Assembly: GCA_963747645.1 (NCBI GenBank)
Contig: CAVVFW010000003.1
Span: 2,764-66,763, forward strand
Length of the DNA: 64,000 nucleotides
From: an uncultured delta proteobacterium
GTDB taxonomy: Bacteria; Desulfobacterota; Desulfobaccia; Desulfobaccales; 0-14-0-80-60-11
Direction: 5' to 3'
Made by a program: the position numbers and the translations under genes
In this document: in pieces, positions 11,966-21,646 of the stretch
Layout of the letters: the number at the start of each line of letters is the position of its first letter
Numbering within the stretch: the first letter of the stretch is position 1
The notes under the pieces: model-generated
What the model saw: the letters and a program-made list of their open reading frames with translations, nothing else
What the model was told of the DNA's origin: nothing
The model's database searches: none

Positions 11966-12092
11966 CAGACAAAATTAGAGGAGCCGCGAGACGGCGACGG
12001 AAGGCCACGTGTCTCTAAATGCAGAGATCGGTGAATGCCTGAGTTGGGAAGAGATAGCCGGGTTGCCTGGGAAGGGGCAGTTCGGCTTTTTT
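11966..12092 (+). ncRNA. candidate structured leader or small RNA of unknown class
   Basis: Lies between the promoter and an intrinsic terminator. Internal hairpins GAGAC..GTCTC and TCTCT..AGAGA. No coding potential. Confidence 0.4.
12056..12092 (+). terminator. intrinsic terminator
   Basis: AGCCGGGTTGCC-loop-GGCAGTTCGGCT forms a 12-bp stem including 3 G-U pairs, followed by TTTTTT. Confidence 0.65.
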
Positions 12093-12478
12093 GTGTCGAG
12101 ACCTGAAAGGAGGTATGACGACCCAAGGTAATCTAAGTGCATACTGTAAAGTCGTTTTGGATCCCATTTCTGGCTCCCCATGTTATTGTGGGTACCGGTT
12201 TACAAGTAAAGCTGACTTTTAAGGGTTGATTGAATCGATAAAATCGAATTTAACGGTGAGGGTCAGGCATGGCTCTGGCTCTTGTCGCCGACTTAGAATA
12301 ATAGCGTGCCATTATCGGGATCATCAGGTGCTGGGTCAAAGATGAAGATTTGATCAGATAATCGGAAGCCTTTTGGGGTGCAGCCGTTCTGTTCACAGTT
12401 ACAGAAAATTATGGCAGATAACGAAAATAATCTGATTAAGATTAAGAAATTGCAGATTAACCCCAAGCTGGAGGGCGT

Positions 12479-13678
12479 ATGAAGGAAAAAGATTTAGATC
12501 TCCTCCCCGACCATTTTGGTATGGTCTCGCGCCGGGATTTTTTGAAGTTCTGTGCGTTGGCGGCAGCCGGCATGGGATTGCCCCTGGGTATGGGGGTTAA
12601 AATCGCCGCAGCCGTTGCCAGCCTCAAGCGTCCACCAGTCATCTGGCTCTCCGGCCAGGAGTGCACCGGCTGTACCGAAACCCTGCTGCGTTCCACCCAC
12701 CCCACGGTGGAAACTCTCATTCTCGATCTGATTTCCTTGGATTACCACGAGACCTTGAGTACCCCGTCGGGGAACTTGGCGGAAGAGGCCAGACAGAGTT
12801 CCATTAATGAAAACAAGGGCAAATTCATCCTGGTGGTGGACGGTTCCATCCCCATGAAAGACGGCGGAATTTATTGCCAGATCGCCGGCCGCCCCGTGCT
12901 GCAGATCTTAAGGGAGACCGCCCCGCTGGCCATGGCGGTGATCAACATCGGCTCCTGTGCCTCCTGGGGCGGGATCCCTTCGGCCTCTCCCAACCCCACC
13001 GGGGCGGTGTCCGTTGCCGAGGCCCTGGGCGGCAAATTTACCATGATCAATATCCCGGGCTGTCCGCCAAACCCTTATAACTTTCTGTCCACCGTGCTCT
13101 ATCTCTTGACCTTCAAAAAACTTCCCGATCTGGACGATAAGGGCCGACCAAAATTTGCTTATCGCCGCCTCATCCATGAAGGCTGCGCGCGCCGGGCCCA
13201 TTTCGACGCCGGGCGCTTTGCCCTGGAGTTCGGCGACGACGGCCATCGCCGGGGCTGGTGCCTTTACAAACTGGGCTGCAAGGGGCCGGAGACCTATAAC
13301 AACTGCCCCGAGCAACTCTTCGGCGACGTCGGACCCCGGAGCTGGCCGGTGGGCACCGGCTGCCCCTGCTTCGGCTGCTCCGAGAAAGGCGTGGGGTTTA
13401 CCAAGCCTATACCTGAACAGGCCAGCCTGGCGCATTTCACCCCGGCGGGTTTACCCCTGGAAGAAGGCGGCAAGGTCCGGGTAGGGGGCGGGCAGCTGCG
13501 CCTCACTCCCCCCACCGCGTTTGCGCCTATTGAGGTCCCCGAGGGGCATGGCGTTTCCACCGCAGCCGTAGGCCTGGCGGCCGGTTTGGCCGGCCTGGCT
13601 GTGGGTGCCGGGGCAGTCACCGCCATGAAGCTACGCAAAGAAAAACCAGACTCCGATACCAAGACCGAGAAGGATTAA
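12479..13678 (+). CDS. hybO: [NiFe] hydrogenase small subunit, Tat signal, C-terminal membrane anchor (Hyd-2 type)
   Basis: SRRDFLKF twin-arginine signal, QECTGCTE, GSCASWGG, GCPPNP, CLYKLGCKGPETYNNC, and a C-terminal hydrophobic helix. Close to E. coli HybO as I recall it. Confidence 0.93.
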   Translation: MKEKDLDLLPDHFGMVSRRDFLKFCALAAAGMGLPLGMGVKIAAAVASLKRPPVIWLSGQECTGCTETLLRSTHPTVETLILDLISLDYHETLSTPSGNLAEEARQSSINENKGKFILVVDGSIPMKDGGIYCQIAGRPVLQILRETAPLAMAVINIGSCASWGGIPSASPNPTGAVSVAEALGGKFTMINIPGCPPNPYNFLSTVLYLLTFKKLPDLDDKGRPKFAYRRLIHEGCARRAHFDAGRFALEFGDDGHRRGWCLYKLGCKGPETYNNCPEQLFGDVGPRSWPVGTGCPCFGCSEKGVGFTKPIPEQASLAHFTPAGLPLEEGGKVRVGGGQLRLTPPTAFAPIEVPEGHGVSTAAVGLAAGLAGLAVGAGAVTAMKLRKEKPDSDTKTEKD

Positions 13679-13681
13679 GCT

Positions 13682-14647
13682 ATGGGACTCAGCCGACGAG
13701 ATTTTCTCAAGGTTTCCACCGGCGGGGGTCTGGCTCTGGCGTCCAGTCTCAGTCCGGTGCCGGTTGCGGCCCGGGGGCCCATACCCCGCCTCCCCGAGGC
13801 CAAGGGTATACTTTACGACGCCACGCTCTGTATCGGCTGCAAGGCCTGCATGGTGGCCTGCAAAGAATACAATAATCTGCCTCCGGAGCGCTCCAATCCT
13901 AACAGCGTCTGGGACGATCCGGCGGATCTGTCCGCCAAAACCGTCAATATCGTCAAGCTTTACACCAATGGCACCGGTGCGGTCAAAGACCGGGAGATCG
14001 ATGGTTACTCTTTCATCCGGCGTTTCTGCATGCACTGTGTTGATCCCTCCTGCGTCTCCGCCTGTCCGGTTTCGGCCCTCACCAAAGACCCGGAAACCGG
14101 GGTCGTGCGGTATAACAAGAACAACTGTATCGGCTGTCGTTACTGCCAGGTCGCCTGCCCCTACAATATCCCCAAATTCCAGTGGGACCTGGCCTTTCCC
14201 CAGATCGTCAAATGCCAGCTCTGTTCTCATCGCTTCGCCTCAGGCGGCTATTCGGCCTGCTGCGAGTTTTGCCCCACCGGCGCTTCCATCTTCGGGAACA
14301 CTCAGGACCTCTTGAAAGAAGCCAAACGGCGGCTGACGTTGACTCCCGGACAGATGGCCGAATACCCGCTGCAACGGATCGATGCACGAGAAAAGACCCA
14401 GCGCCCGGTGACGCCTTACCTCAATCACATCTATGGCGCCCGGGAAGGGGGCGGAACCCAGGTCCTCATGCTGGCCAACGTCCCCTTCACCAAGCTGGGG
14501 CTGCCGCAGTTGCCGCCTGAATCCCAGGCCAGTCGCTCCGAACTCCTTTACCATTCCCTGTATAAGGGGATGATCTTACCCTACGTCATTCTGGGCGGCC
14601 TCTTTTTCGTGATCTACAAGAATACCACCGGCCATGACTTACCCTAA
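13682..14647 (+). CDS. hybA: hydrogenase 4x[4Fe-4S] ferredoxin-type subunit with Tat signal
   Basis: SRRDFLKV signal, CIGCKACMVAC, CMHCVDPSCVSACP, CIGCRYCQVACP, and a C-terminal TM helix. Confidence 0.88.
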   Translation: MGLSRRDFLKVSTGGGLALASSLSPVPVAARGPIPRLPEAKGILYDATLCIGCKACMVACKEYNNLPPERSNPNSVWDDPADLSAKTVNIVKLYTNGTGAVKDREIDGYSFIRRFCMHCVDPSCVSACPVSALTKDPETGVVRYNKNNCIGCRYCQVACPYNIPKFQWDLAFPQIVKCQLCSHRFASGGYSACCEFCPTGASIFGNTQDLLKEAKRRLTLTPGQMAEYPLQRIDAREKTQRPVTPYLNHIYGAREGGGTQVLMLANVPFTKLGLPQLPPESQASRSELLYHSLYKGMILPYVILGGLFFVIYKNTTGHDLP

Positions 14648-14664
14648 ACTGGAGAAAGTCAGTT

Positions 14665-15909
14665 ATGTCTGAATTCGAGGAATCTTCAGGGAGGCAAGCG
14701 GTCGCCAGTTCGTCTGGGGCCGGGGCGCACGCCCGGGCTCTGACCGATTGGGAAACTTTAGGAGGCAAGGTGGTCACCAAGCCTTTTCTGGTCCTGGCCG
14801 CCTTTGCCCTGATCGGCGTCATCCTCATGATCTACCGATATGTCTTCGGCCTGGGAGCTGTCACTAACCTGAGCGACGGCTATCCCTGGGGCCTCTGGAT
14901 CACCTACGATGTCCTGGTGGGCACTGCCCTGGGTTGCGGCGGCTACGCAGTGGCCATCCTGGTCTATGCCTTAAACCGCTGGCGTTACCACCCCGTGGTA
15001 CGTTCCGCAATCCTCACCAGCGTCTTCGGCTACACCCTGGCGGGCCTGGCCATTTTCCTGGACATCGGGCGTTACTGGAACGGCTATCGGCTCTTCTTGC
15101 CCTGGACAGTCAATTTTAACTCCGTCCTGGTGGAAGTGGCCCTGTGTATTGCCGCTTATGTGCTGGTGCTGTGGATCGAACTGCTGCCCAGCGTCCTGGA
15201 AGGGTACCCCCAAAACTCCAAGGCCGTGGCCTGGCATGATCGCCTGGACCGCTGGCTGCCGGTCATCGCCGCCGTGGGCATTCTGCTGCCCACTATGCAC
15301 CAGTCTTCCCTGGGGACGTTGATGATCCTTGCCGGCTATAAGTTATCGCCTCTCTGGCAAACCCCGCTGCTGCCCTTCTTTTTCCTGCTCTCGGCCATTG
15401 CCATGGGCTTTGCCGTGACGGTCTTCGAGTCCATTCTCTCTTCCCTGGCCTTCAAGCGGCCCTTTGAGACCCCCATGTTAGCCCGGATCTCCGTAGGCAT
15501 GGTCTGGCTCATCGTCGTCTTCCTGGCCGTCCGCTTCGCCGATCTTCTCTTCCGGGGCGCCCCGTCCTTCAACAGCGGTTTCGAGAGCCGCATGTTCCTC
15601 CTGGAAACCATCTTATTCCTGGTGCCGGTTCTGCTGTTATTCATCCCCGAGCCGCGACGCAGCCTCCGCTGGCTGTTCCTGACTTCGGCCTCCATGCTCC
15701 TGGCCGGTTCTCTCTATCGCTTCAACGTCTTTCTCATCGGTTACAGCCCCGGGCCCGGTTGGCGTTATTTCCCGGCCGTCCCGGAAATTATGATTACGCT
15801 GGGCATCGTGGCCATCGAACTTATGGCCTATCTCTATTTTTTGAAAAGATTCCCGGTACTCCATCGCGCCCACTCCAACCTTGCCTTAAGGAGATCTGAC
15901 CATGGCTAA
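14665..15909 (+). CDS. hybB: NrfD/PsrC-family integral membrane subunit of the hydrogenase
   Basis: 414-aa polytopic membrane protein in the hybB position between hybA and hybC. Confidence 0.8.
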   Translation: MSEFEESSGRQAVASSSGAGAHARALTDWETLGGKVVTKPFLVLAAFALIGVILMIYRYVFGLGAVTNLSDGYPWGLWITYDVLVGTALGCGGYAVAILVYALNRWRYHPVVRSAILTSVFGYTLAGLAIFLDIGRYWNGYRLFLPWTVNFNSVLVEVALCIAAYVLVLWIELLPSVLEGYPQNSKAVAWHDRLDRWLPVIAAVGILLPTMHQSSLGTLMILAGYKLSPLWQTPLLPFFFLLSAIAMGFAVTVFESILSSLAFKRPFETPMLARISVGMVWLIVVFLAVRFADLLFRGAPSFNSGFESRMFLLETILFLVPVLLLFIPEPRRSLRWLFLTSASMLLAGSLYRFNVFLIGYSPGPGWRYFPAVPEIMITLGIVAIELMAYLYFLKRFPVLHRAHSNLALRRSDHG

Positions 15910-17602
15910 AAGAATTGTCATCGACCCCATAACCAGGATCGAGGGGCATCTGCGCATAGAATGCGAAGTTGACGGCGGCAAAGTGACCAAGGCCTGGTCC
16001 TCGGGCCAGATGTGGCGCGGCATCGAGGTCATCCTCAAGGGCCGGGACCCCCGGGATGCTCCCACTTTCTGCCAACGAATCTGCGGGGTCTGAACTACGG
16101 TACACGCCTTGGCCTCGGCGAGGTCAATTGAAAACGCCCTGAAGATGGAAGTGCCCTTAAACGGCCAGTATATCCGGAACCTCATGATGGCGGCGCACGC
16201 CACGCACGACCACATCGTGCATTTTTACATCCTCTCGGCCCTGGACTGGGTGGACATCACCTCGGCCCTGAAGGCTGACCCCAAAAAAGCGGCGCAGTTG
16301 GCCGACAGCCTCTCTTCCTGGCCCCGGAACGACTACAAGGAGCTCAAAACGGTCCAGGACAAGCTCAAGACCATCGTGGCCTCGGGCCAATTGGGGATCT
16401 TCGCCAACGGCTATTGGGGCCATCCGGCCATGAAACTGCCCCCGGAGGTCAACCTTCTGGCCGTCACCCATTACCTCCAGGCCCTGGAGTACCAGCGTAA
16501 GGCCAACATGATCGTCTCCATCCTGGGGAGTAAGACCCCCCATGTCCAAAACATCGTGCCGGGCGGCGTCTCCACCGCGATTAACCTGGATTCCCCCTCG
16601 GCCCTTAACATGGAGCGGCTCTATTATATTAAGACCCTCATCGACGAGGTGGGCGACTTCGTCAAGAACGCCTACCTGGTGGACGTCTGCGCCGTGGGCG
16701 CCCTCTATGCCGACTGGACCAAGTACGGGGCCGGGGTTACCAACTACCTGTCGGCCCCTGACATGCCCATGGACCCCAAGGGCACAGTCTTCAACCTCCC
16801 CGGCGGGTATATCCAAAATGGCGACCTGACAACCTTCAAGCCCATCAGTTCTTACCACGACGACTACTTCCGGGAAGGCGTCAGGGAGTCCATCAAGCAC
16901 TCCTGGTACGATGGCGACTGGACCAAGCATCCCTGGGATGAGAGCACCGATCCCAAGTACACCGGCTTTAAGGATGACGGCAAGTATTCCTGGGTCAAGG
17001 CCCCGTCTTTCTATGACCAGCCGGCCCAGGTGGGCCCCCTGGCCAACGTCCTCTGCATGTACGCTGCCGGCCACGCCCCTACCAAAAAGTATGTCGGCCA
17101 GGCCCTGGCCACCGTCAGCAAATTGGCGGGCGCCCAGGTGGGGCCGGAGGCCCTCCACTCCACCATCGGCCGCCACGCCGCCCGGGCCATCCGCTGCGCC
17201 GTGCTCTACGATGAACTGAACACCCAATGGCAGGCCCTGGTGAACAACATCGCCAAGGGCGATCTCACCATCTGCACCCCTTACCCCATGAAGGCGGGGG
17301 AAAGTCGGGGCTTCGGGTTCCACGAGGCGCCCCGGGGCATCCTGTCCCATTGGGTGGTCATCGAAGACAACAAGATCAAAAACTACCAGGCCGTAGTGCC
17401 TTCCACCTGGAACGCCGGGCCCCGGAACCAGAGCGACGCCCCGGGTCCTTACGAGGCCTCCCTGGTCGGCAATCCGGTGGTGGACCCGGAAAAGCCCCTG
17501 GAGGTGATACGCACCGTTCACTCCTTCGACCCCTGCCTGGCCTGCGCCATTCACCTCACCGACGCCGCCGGCCGACCCATCATCCAGGTTAAGGCCTTGT
17601 GA
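15902..17602 (+). CDS. hybC: [NiFe] hydrogenase large subunit interrupted by one in-frame TGA (16091..16093) at the second Cys of RxCGxC. Candidate selenocysteine codon, or a nonsense mutation.
   Basis: ORFs 15902..16093 and 16109..17602 share one frame. Readthrough gives QRICGV[TGA]TTVHALAS. The C-terminal motif is DPCLACAIH. Strong resemblance to E. coli HybC throughout. Confidence 0.85.
16109..16127 (+). promoter_or_regulatory. stem-loop in the position expected for a bacterial SECIS element
   Basis: TTGGCCT-CGGCG-AGGTCAA, 7 bp including one G-U pair, begins 15 nt after the TGA. The loop G residues lie about 26 nt from the U of UGA. Confidence 0.35.
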
Positions 17603-17613
17603 TCCCGGCTCCC

Positions 17614-17647
17614 ACAGGGGCGAACCTCGTGTTCGCCCTGTTTCTTC
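17614..17647 (+). terminator. REP-like hairpin, probable terminator after hybC
   Basis: ACAGGGGCGAAC-ctcgt-GTTCGCCCTGT followed by TTCTTCC, starting 12 nt after the stop codon. Confidence 0.5.
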
Positions 17648-17742
17648 CTAAGGTTTTTTAGAGGGATTTACTCTGCGGTAGGATCGCCAGCCCCTGCGCT
17701 TTGATCGGCAGGGGCTCAGTTTTTTATCTTATCGGATTGGGT

Positions 17743-18138
17743 TTATTGAGAACTCTTCTCTCGTGTGGTTCTTACTTCTGTAACCATGGCGGCAGTAACG
17801 GAGTCGGCCCGATTAGACCAGGCCTGGCGAATATAAGTAGCTACTGCGGCCACCTTTGGATCATTTAACGTCATCTTCCAGCCAGGCATCGTCCCGGCCC
17901 CCTCCCTGCCATAGAGGATAACGGCGATCACCTCCTTAGGGTCTCCGGTAACAAAGTCATCATAATTCAATGCTGATTTGCTATACAGGACCCCGCCCCC
18001 CTTAACGCCATGACAAGCAACGCAATAGGTTTTATAAATTGCCTGGCCTTCCAGGAAATTTGGACCAGTCTCCTGAGAGCACCCAATGGAGAAAGCTGCA
18101 ATCAACGTTATAAATAAACCGACTTTGATCGTTCTCAA
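17743..18138 (-). CDS. monoheme c-type cytochrome, lipoprotein signal
   Basis: Single CVACH heme motif, distal MPGW, and a lipobox FSIGC after a hydrophobic N terminus. Confidence 0.8.
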   Translation of the reverse strand: MRTIKVGLFITLIAAFSIGCSQETGPNFLEGQAIYKTYCVACHGVKGGGVLYSKSALNYDDFVTGDPKEVIAVILYGREGAGTMPGWKMTLNDPKVAAVATYIRQAWSNRADSVTAAMVTEVRTTREKSSQ

Positions 18139-18219
18139 CTTACACCTCGAATAGTGTGAAGAATTTCGTAATTATATCTTATTATAGAAATTATGTTTTG
18201 ATCCTTTTTACTGAGGTGC

Positions 18220-18980
18220 TCAGAATTTTGGGGTGAATTGCTGGAGTTCATGGATCGCCAGCTTTTTCTCAAGATCAGCCACCTGCCCGACAATCTTCGC
18301 ATAGCCGTCTGGGCCAAACAGCTTCTGTTCTTCCCGGTCAAAGGTCTCACCCACTGCGGTAAATTCCTTGGGTGAGATTATCGAACGAAAGGCCGGAAAA
18401 AGTACGGTATCTTCCCAGGCTGCATGGCGACGGTAGACCTGATTGAAGGTGTTAAGAAATTCTGCGATTCTTAAGCGCTCCAAGGGTTTTTCAGCGTATC
18501 CCCGGTGCTGAGGATTTTGACTTTATCTATCAACTTTCGCCCCGCCAGATGTTGTTGGTAGAGGATCGCTACCAGTTCAACCATCTTGCCGGTATTGGCG
18601 AACCAGTTGAACACATGGAACTGTTCGTTCGTTTCATGATAATCTTGGATAAACCGGCGAATAATTTCATTAGCTTCCGTCAAGACGTGCAGAGGAAATT
18701 CTCCCCCCTGTTTCAGCCGTCTGGCAATTTCATCATAGACGAGCATGATGCGCCTGAGGACTCCGTGCTCTCGCATCAAATCCTCAGTCGGAGGGATTTT
18801 CCAGGCTTTCCTCTCCTTTTCGGGCTCCCCCAGACAGGATGCTCCGAGGAGGCCGGTGGCGGCAATCAGCGTGCCGCTTTTGATAAGAAAATTTCGTCGA
18901 CTCTCCCTCGGATCGGTGGTATCTTTCATGAGAAGCCTCCCCGGATACTGACCAGGCGGTAACTCCTTTTTGTTCTTCAT
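18220..18980 (-). pseudogene. hemerythrin/HHE-domain protein with Tat signal, frame broken near 18483-18491
   Basis: ORF 18471..18980 has SRRNFLIKSG and EDLMREHGVLRR. ORF 18220..18483 has H.AWEDTVLFPAF. They join as ...TLKN(P)LERLRIAEF across a GGG/TTTTT run. Confidence 0.6.
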
Positions 18981-19373
18981 AGTTTTATAATTTAAGTCAA
19001 AAATTTAGTTTTGCAATGTATCCCAGGCAGACTTTGGTTTATAAATGCATTTTCTCTTGCAACTGCCGTTGATAACTAGAATAATCATTTCCGTTTCATG
19101 ACAGGAAAAAACGCAAGGGCCCGGGAGGGGATTGATAACCCTCGTGTAATAAACAGGTTAACCAGAAAAAATATCCAGGTCTGAAAAGAGTTCTCTCCTT
19201 ATTTTTTATGGGCCTATCCGGGATTAAACTCTGGCTCATTCAAGGCCTGTAGATTAGTCCCTTTGGCCGGGGTTCAGACCGCTATCCCTGGTTAACCTTT
19301 TAAGAAATTGTTACGGTAACCCCAAGGCTTTTGGCGCCCCGGCGCCTTTGGCACTTCGCGTGAGGTCTATCCT

Positions 19374-19862
19374 TTGGAAAAAACGATCACCCTTATCGGT
19401 CTTGGGAACCTCCTCATGCGGGATGAAGGGGTGGGGGTTCAGGCGGTGCGGGCGCTGGAGGAACGCTATGAACTGCCTCCGGACCTGGAAGTGGTGGACG
19501 GCGGCACCGCCGGCCTGGACCTGCTGCCATACATCGAGGGCCGCGACCGGGTGCTCTTTGTGGATGCGGTCAATTTTCGCCAGGAGCCGGGTTACATCGG
19601 GGTCCTGGAAAATGAGGAGATCCCGGCCCTGTTCGCGGCCAAGGAGTCCCTGCACCACCTGGGCCTTATGGACGTTCTGGCCGCAGCCCGGCTCCTGGAT
19701 GCCTTCCCCCGGGAGGTCTGCCTCATCGGCATTCAACCCCTGATTCTGGATATTGGCCTGGAGCTATCTGAGTTGCTGCAAGGGAAAATGGAACTACTGC
19801 TAACACGAATCATTGCCAAATTAGAGGAATGGCTCCTCCATGTAACTCAGCGCCGAACGTAA
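19374..19862 (+). CDS. hybD: hydrogenase maturation endopeptidase
   Basis: Contains LIGLGNLLMRDEGVG, VVDGGTAG and LHHLG. TTG start. Confidence 0.85.
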   Translation: MEKTITLIGLGNLLMRDEGVGVQAVRALEERYELPPDLEVVDGGTAGLDLLPYIEGRDRVLFVDAVNFRQEPGYIGVLENEEIPALFAAKESLHHLGLMDVLAAARLLDAFPREVCLIGIQPLILDIGLELSELLQGKMELLLTRIIAKLEEWLLHVTQRRT

Positions 19863-20077
19863 AATCCCCTAATACCTTCAGGGCATGGGAGAAACCTTTG
19901 CATCGAGTATTGCGGAAATGGCAACCATCTCCCCTAGATGTATACGTGGAAGAGCATAAGGGCAGTGCGGACTCTGGAAGGCGGCACTTGAAGCCGATCG
20001 GCTATATACAGACGGTCTTAATACCAACGATGCAAAGATCAGGCCCTGAAATCTTTCAGACTCCAATTCAGGTCTCA

Positions 20078-21046
20078 TTAAAAATGGTCGTATGGTATCC
20101 CCAACAGCAGCCTGACGTGGTCCTCGACGCATTCTTCCAGCACCTCCAGGTTGTACCCACCTTCCAGCACGGTGATGAGCCGGCCTGAAGCGGTCTCCAA
20201 TGCCAAATCCAAGATCAACTGCGCCATGTCCCGATATCCATGCTTTGTCACCCGCATTTCGGCTAGGGGATCTTTCTCATGGGCGTCAAACCCCGCAGAG
20301 ATAAAGACCAGCTGGGGGGCGAACTGTCGCAGCCGGGGCAGCGCCTGACTCTTCAGGGCCTCCAGGTACTCGGCATCGCCGCTCCGGATCGGCAGAGGCA
20401 GGTTCAGGGTGAAACCCTTACCCGCACCTGTGCCCTCTTCTTGGCGGTAGCCGGTGCCCGGGTAGCAATATTGCGGGTCACCGTGCAGCGACACGAAAAA
20501 GACCCGAGGGTCGGCCTCGAACAAGTGTTGGGTGCCGTTGCCGTGATGGACGTCCCAGTCGATGATGGCCACCCGCTTCAGGCCGTATTTCTCCAGGGCG
20601 TATACCGCCCCGATAGCCACGTTATTGAAAAAGCAGAACCCCATGGCCCGATCCCTTTCGGCATGGTGCCCCGGGGGCCTCACGGCGCAGAAGGCGTTGT
20701 CCACCTGGCCGCTCATCACCGCGTCCACGGCCAACATTACTCCACCAACGGCCAGCAAGGCAGTCTCATACGAGTCCTTGGAGATGCCGCAGTCCTGCTC
20801 CTCGAAGATTGGTTTGCCCTGCTCACAGGCCTCTTTAAACCGCTGAATATAGACTCGATCGTGGAGCCGCTCCACCCATTCCAGCGGAGCGTAGTCGGGT
20901 CTGAGGCGCACCAATAACTCCAGTACGTCATTCATCTCGAGATCGCTCTGGATCGCCTTCAGCCGGGCGAGACGTTCCGGATGCCCTGAGCCTGGATCAT
21001 GCAATAGATAACGCAGTGCATAAACGTAGCCGGTACGACGCAACAT
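20078..21046 (-). CDS. histone deacetylase family amidohydrolase (AcuC / acetylpolyamine amidohydrolase-like)
   Basis: Contains RPPGHHA, DWDVHHGNGTQ, YPGTG and LEGGYN. Confidence 0.85.
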   Translation of the reverse strand: MLRRTGYVYALRYLLHDPGSGHPERLARLKAIQSDLEMNDVLELLVRLRPDYAPLEWVERLHDRVYIQRFKEACEQGKPIFEEQDCGISKDSYETALLAVGGVMLAVDAVMSGQVDNAFCAVRPPGHHAERDRAMGFCFFNNVAIGAVYALEKYGLKRVAIIDWDVHHGNGTQHLFEADPRVFFVSLHGDPQYCYPGTGYRQEEGTGAGKGFTLNLPLPIRSGDAEYLEALKSQALPRLRQFAPQLVFISAGFDAHEKDPLAEMRVTKHGYRDMAQLILDLALETASGRLITVLEGGYNLEVLEECVEDHVRLLLGIPYDHF

Positions 21047-21385
21047 AGCCTTGTCCTAGTTTTCCTCGTGGGTCAATAAGTCAGGATTATTTTAACATAA
21101 TCTGAGAGGCAAGCCGGGCAAATCAAAGGTATTCTCTAGATTCGCCCACCTGATACAACTCAGTAAATCTGATCAATAGGGGGATCCCTGCCTGGGGTTC
21201 ATAGGCCGGCAATCAACTAGGTGTCTGTGCCGATGGAGCGGTATGCGCAAGTTCTGAAAAAAATTGACGTATCAGGAAATTTTGAGCTATCATGCCTTCC
21301 ACGAGGAGGGTTGCCTGAGAAAAGAGGTACGTTTCGGGGTCAGGAATCGTGAAAGGGGTCCCCAACTACTGATTTTGGTCAGACG

Positions 21386-21592
21386 GACCTAGTATCGTGT
21401 TTCGGAAGTAGCTTCAATAAGTGAGGGTCCTAAAATTCCCCCTCCCCTGGTGGGAGGGGGTTAGGGGGAGGGGGGATAAGGCTCTGTACCTTTTCACGGT
21501 TTCGTCACCCCCACCCTAACCCTCCCCCATCAAGGGGGAGGGAACAAGAGGTTTTCCTTTTTTAAGGTTTTCCTGAAACGCAACACTAGGTC
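21386..21592. repeat. ~207-bp imperfect palindromic MITE-like element
   Basis: Terminal arms GACCTAGTATCGTGTTTCGGAAG (21386..21408) and its inverted counterpart (21570..21592) match at 17 of 23 positions. They enclose an inverted pair of CCCTCCCC-loop-GGGAGGG..TAGGG elements (21438..21476 and 21505..21544). Confidence 0.6.
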
Positions 21593-21646
21593 ATTATGAG
21601 ATGGCCCCCGGGCTCTTTGCCCATTAAGACGGGAGTTCTGGCAATT

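Noticed and set aside
12114-12218. A 34-aa ORF (MTTQGNLSAYCKVVLDPISGSPCYCGYRFTSKADF) after a GGAGG.
   Set aside because: The GGAGG ends only 1 nt before the ATG, too close for a functional SD. There is no other support.
11960-12480. A sigma-54 promoter or a known riboswitch (B12, Moco, NiCo, fluoride, c-di-GMP) upstream of hybO.
   Set aside because: The TGGC-containing sites (12268, 12410) have the wrong GG-to-GC spacing or lack TTGC. The leader lacks the B12 box and the other class signatures I can recall. It is left as an unclassified RNA candidate.
15902-17602. hybC as a naturally split large subunit (63 aa plus 497 aa).
   Set aside because: The two parts are in the same frame and separated by a single TGA that falls on a conserved Cys codon. 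No start codon or SD precedes residue 65 at the right place.
21264-21293. A possible sigma-70 promoter (TTGACG-18-TATCAT) pointing into the MITE-like element and antisense to the activator gene.
   Set aside because: The spacer is long, there is no downstream gene or terminator on that strand, and it could arise by chance in AT-rich DNA.
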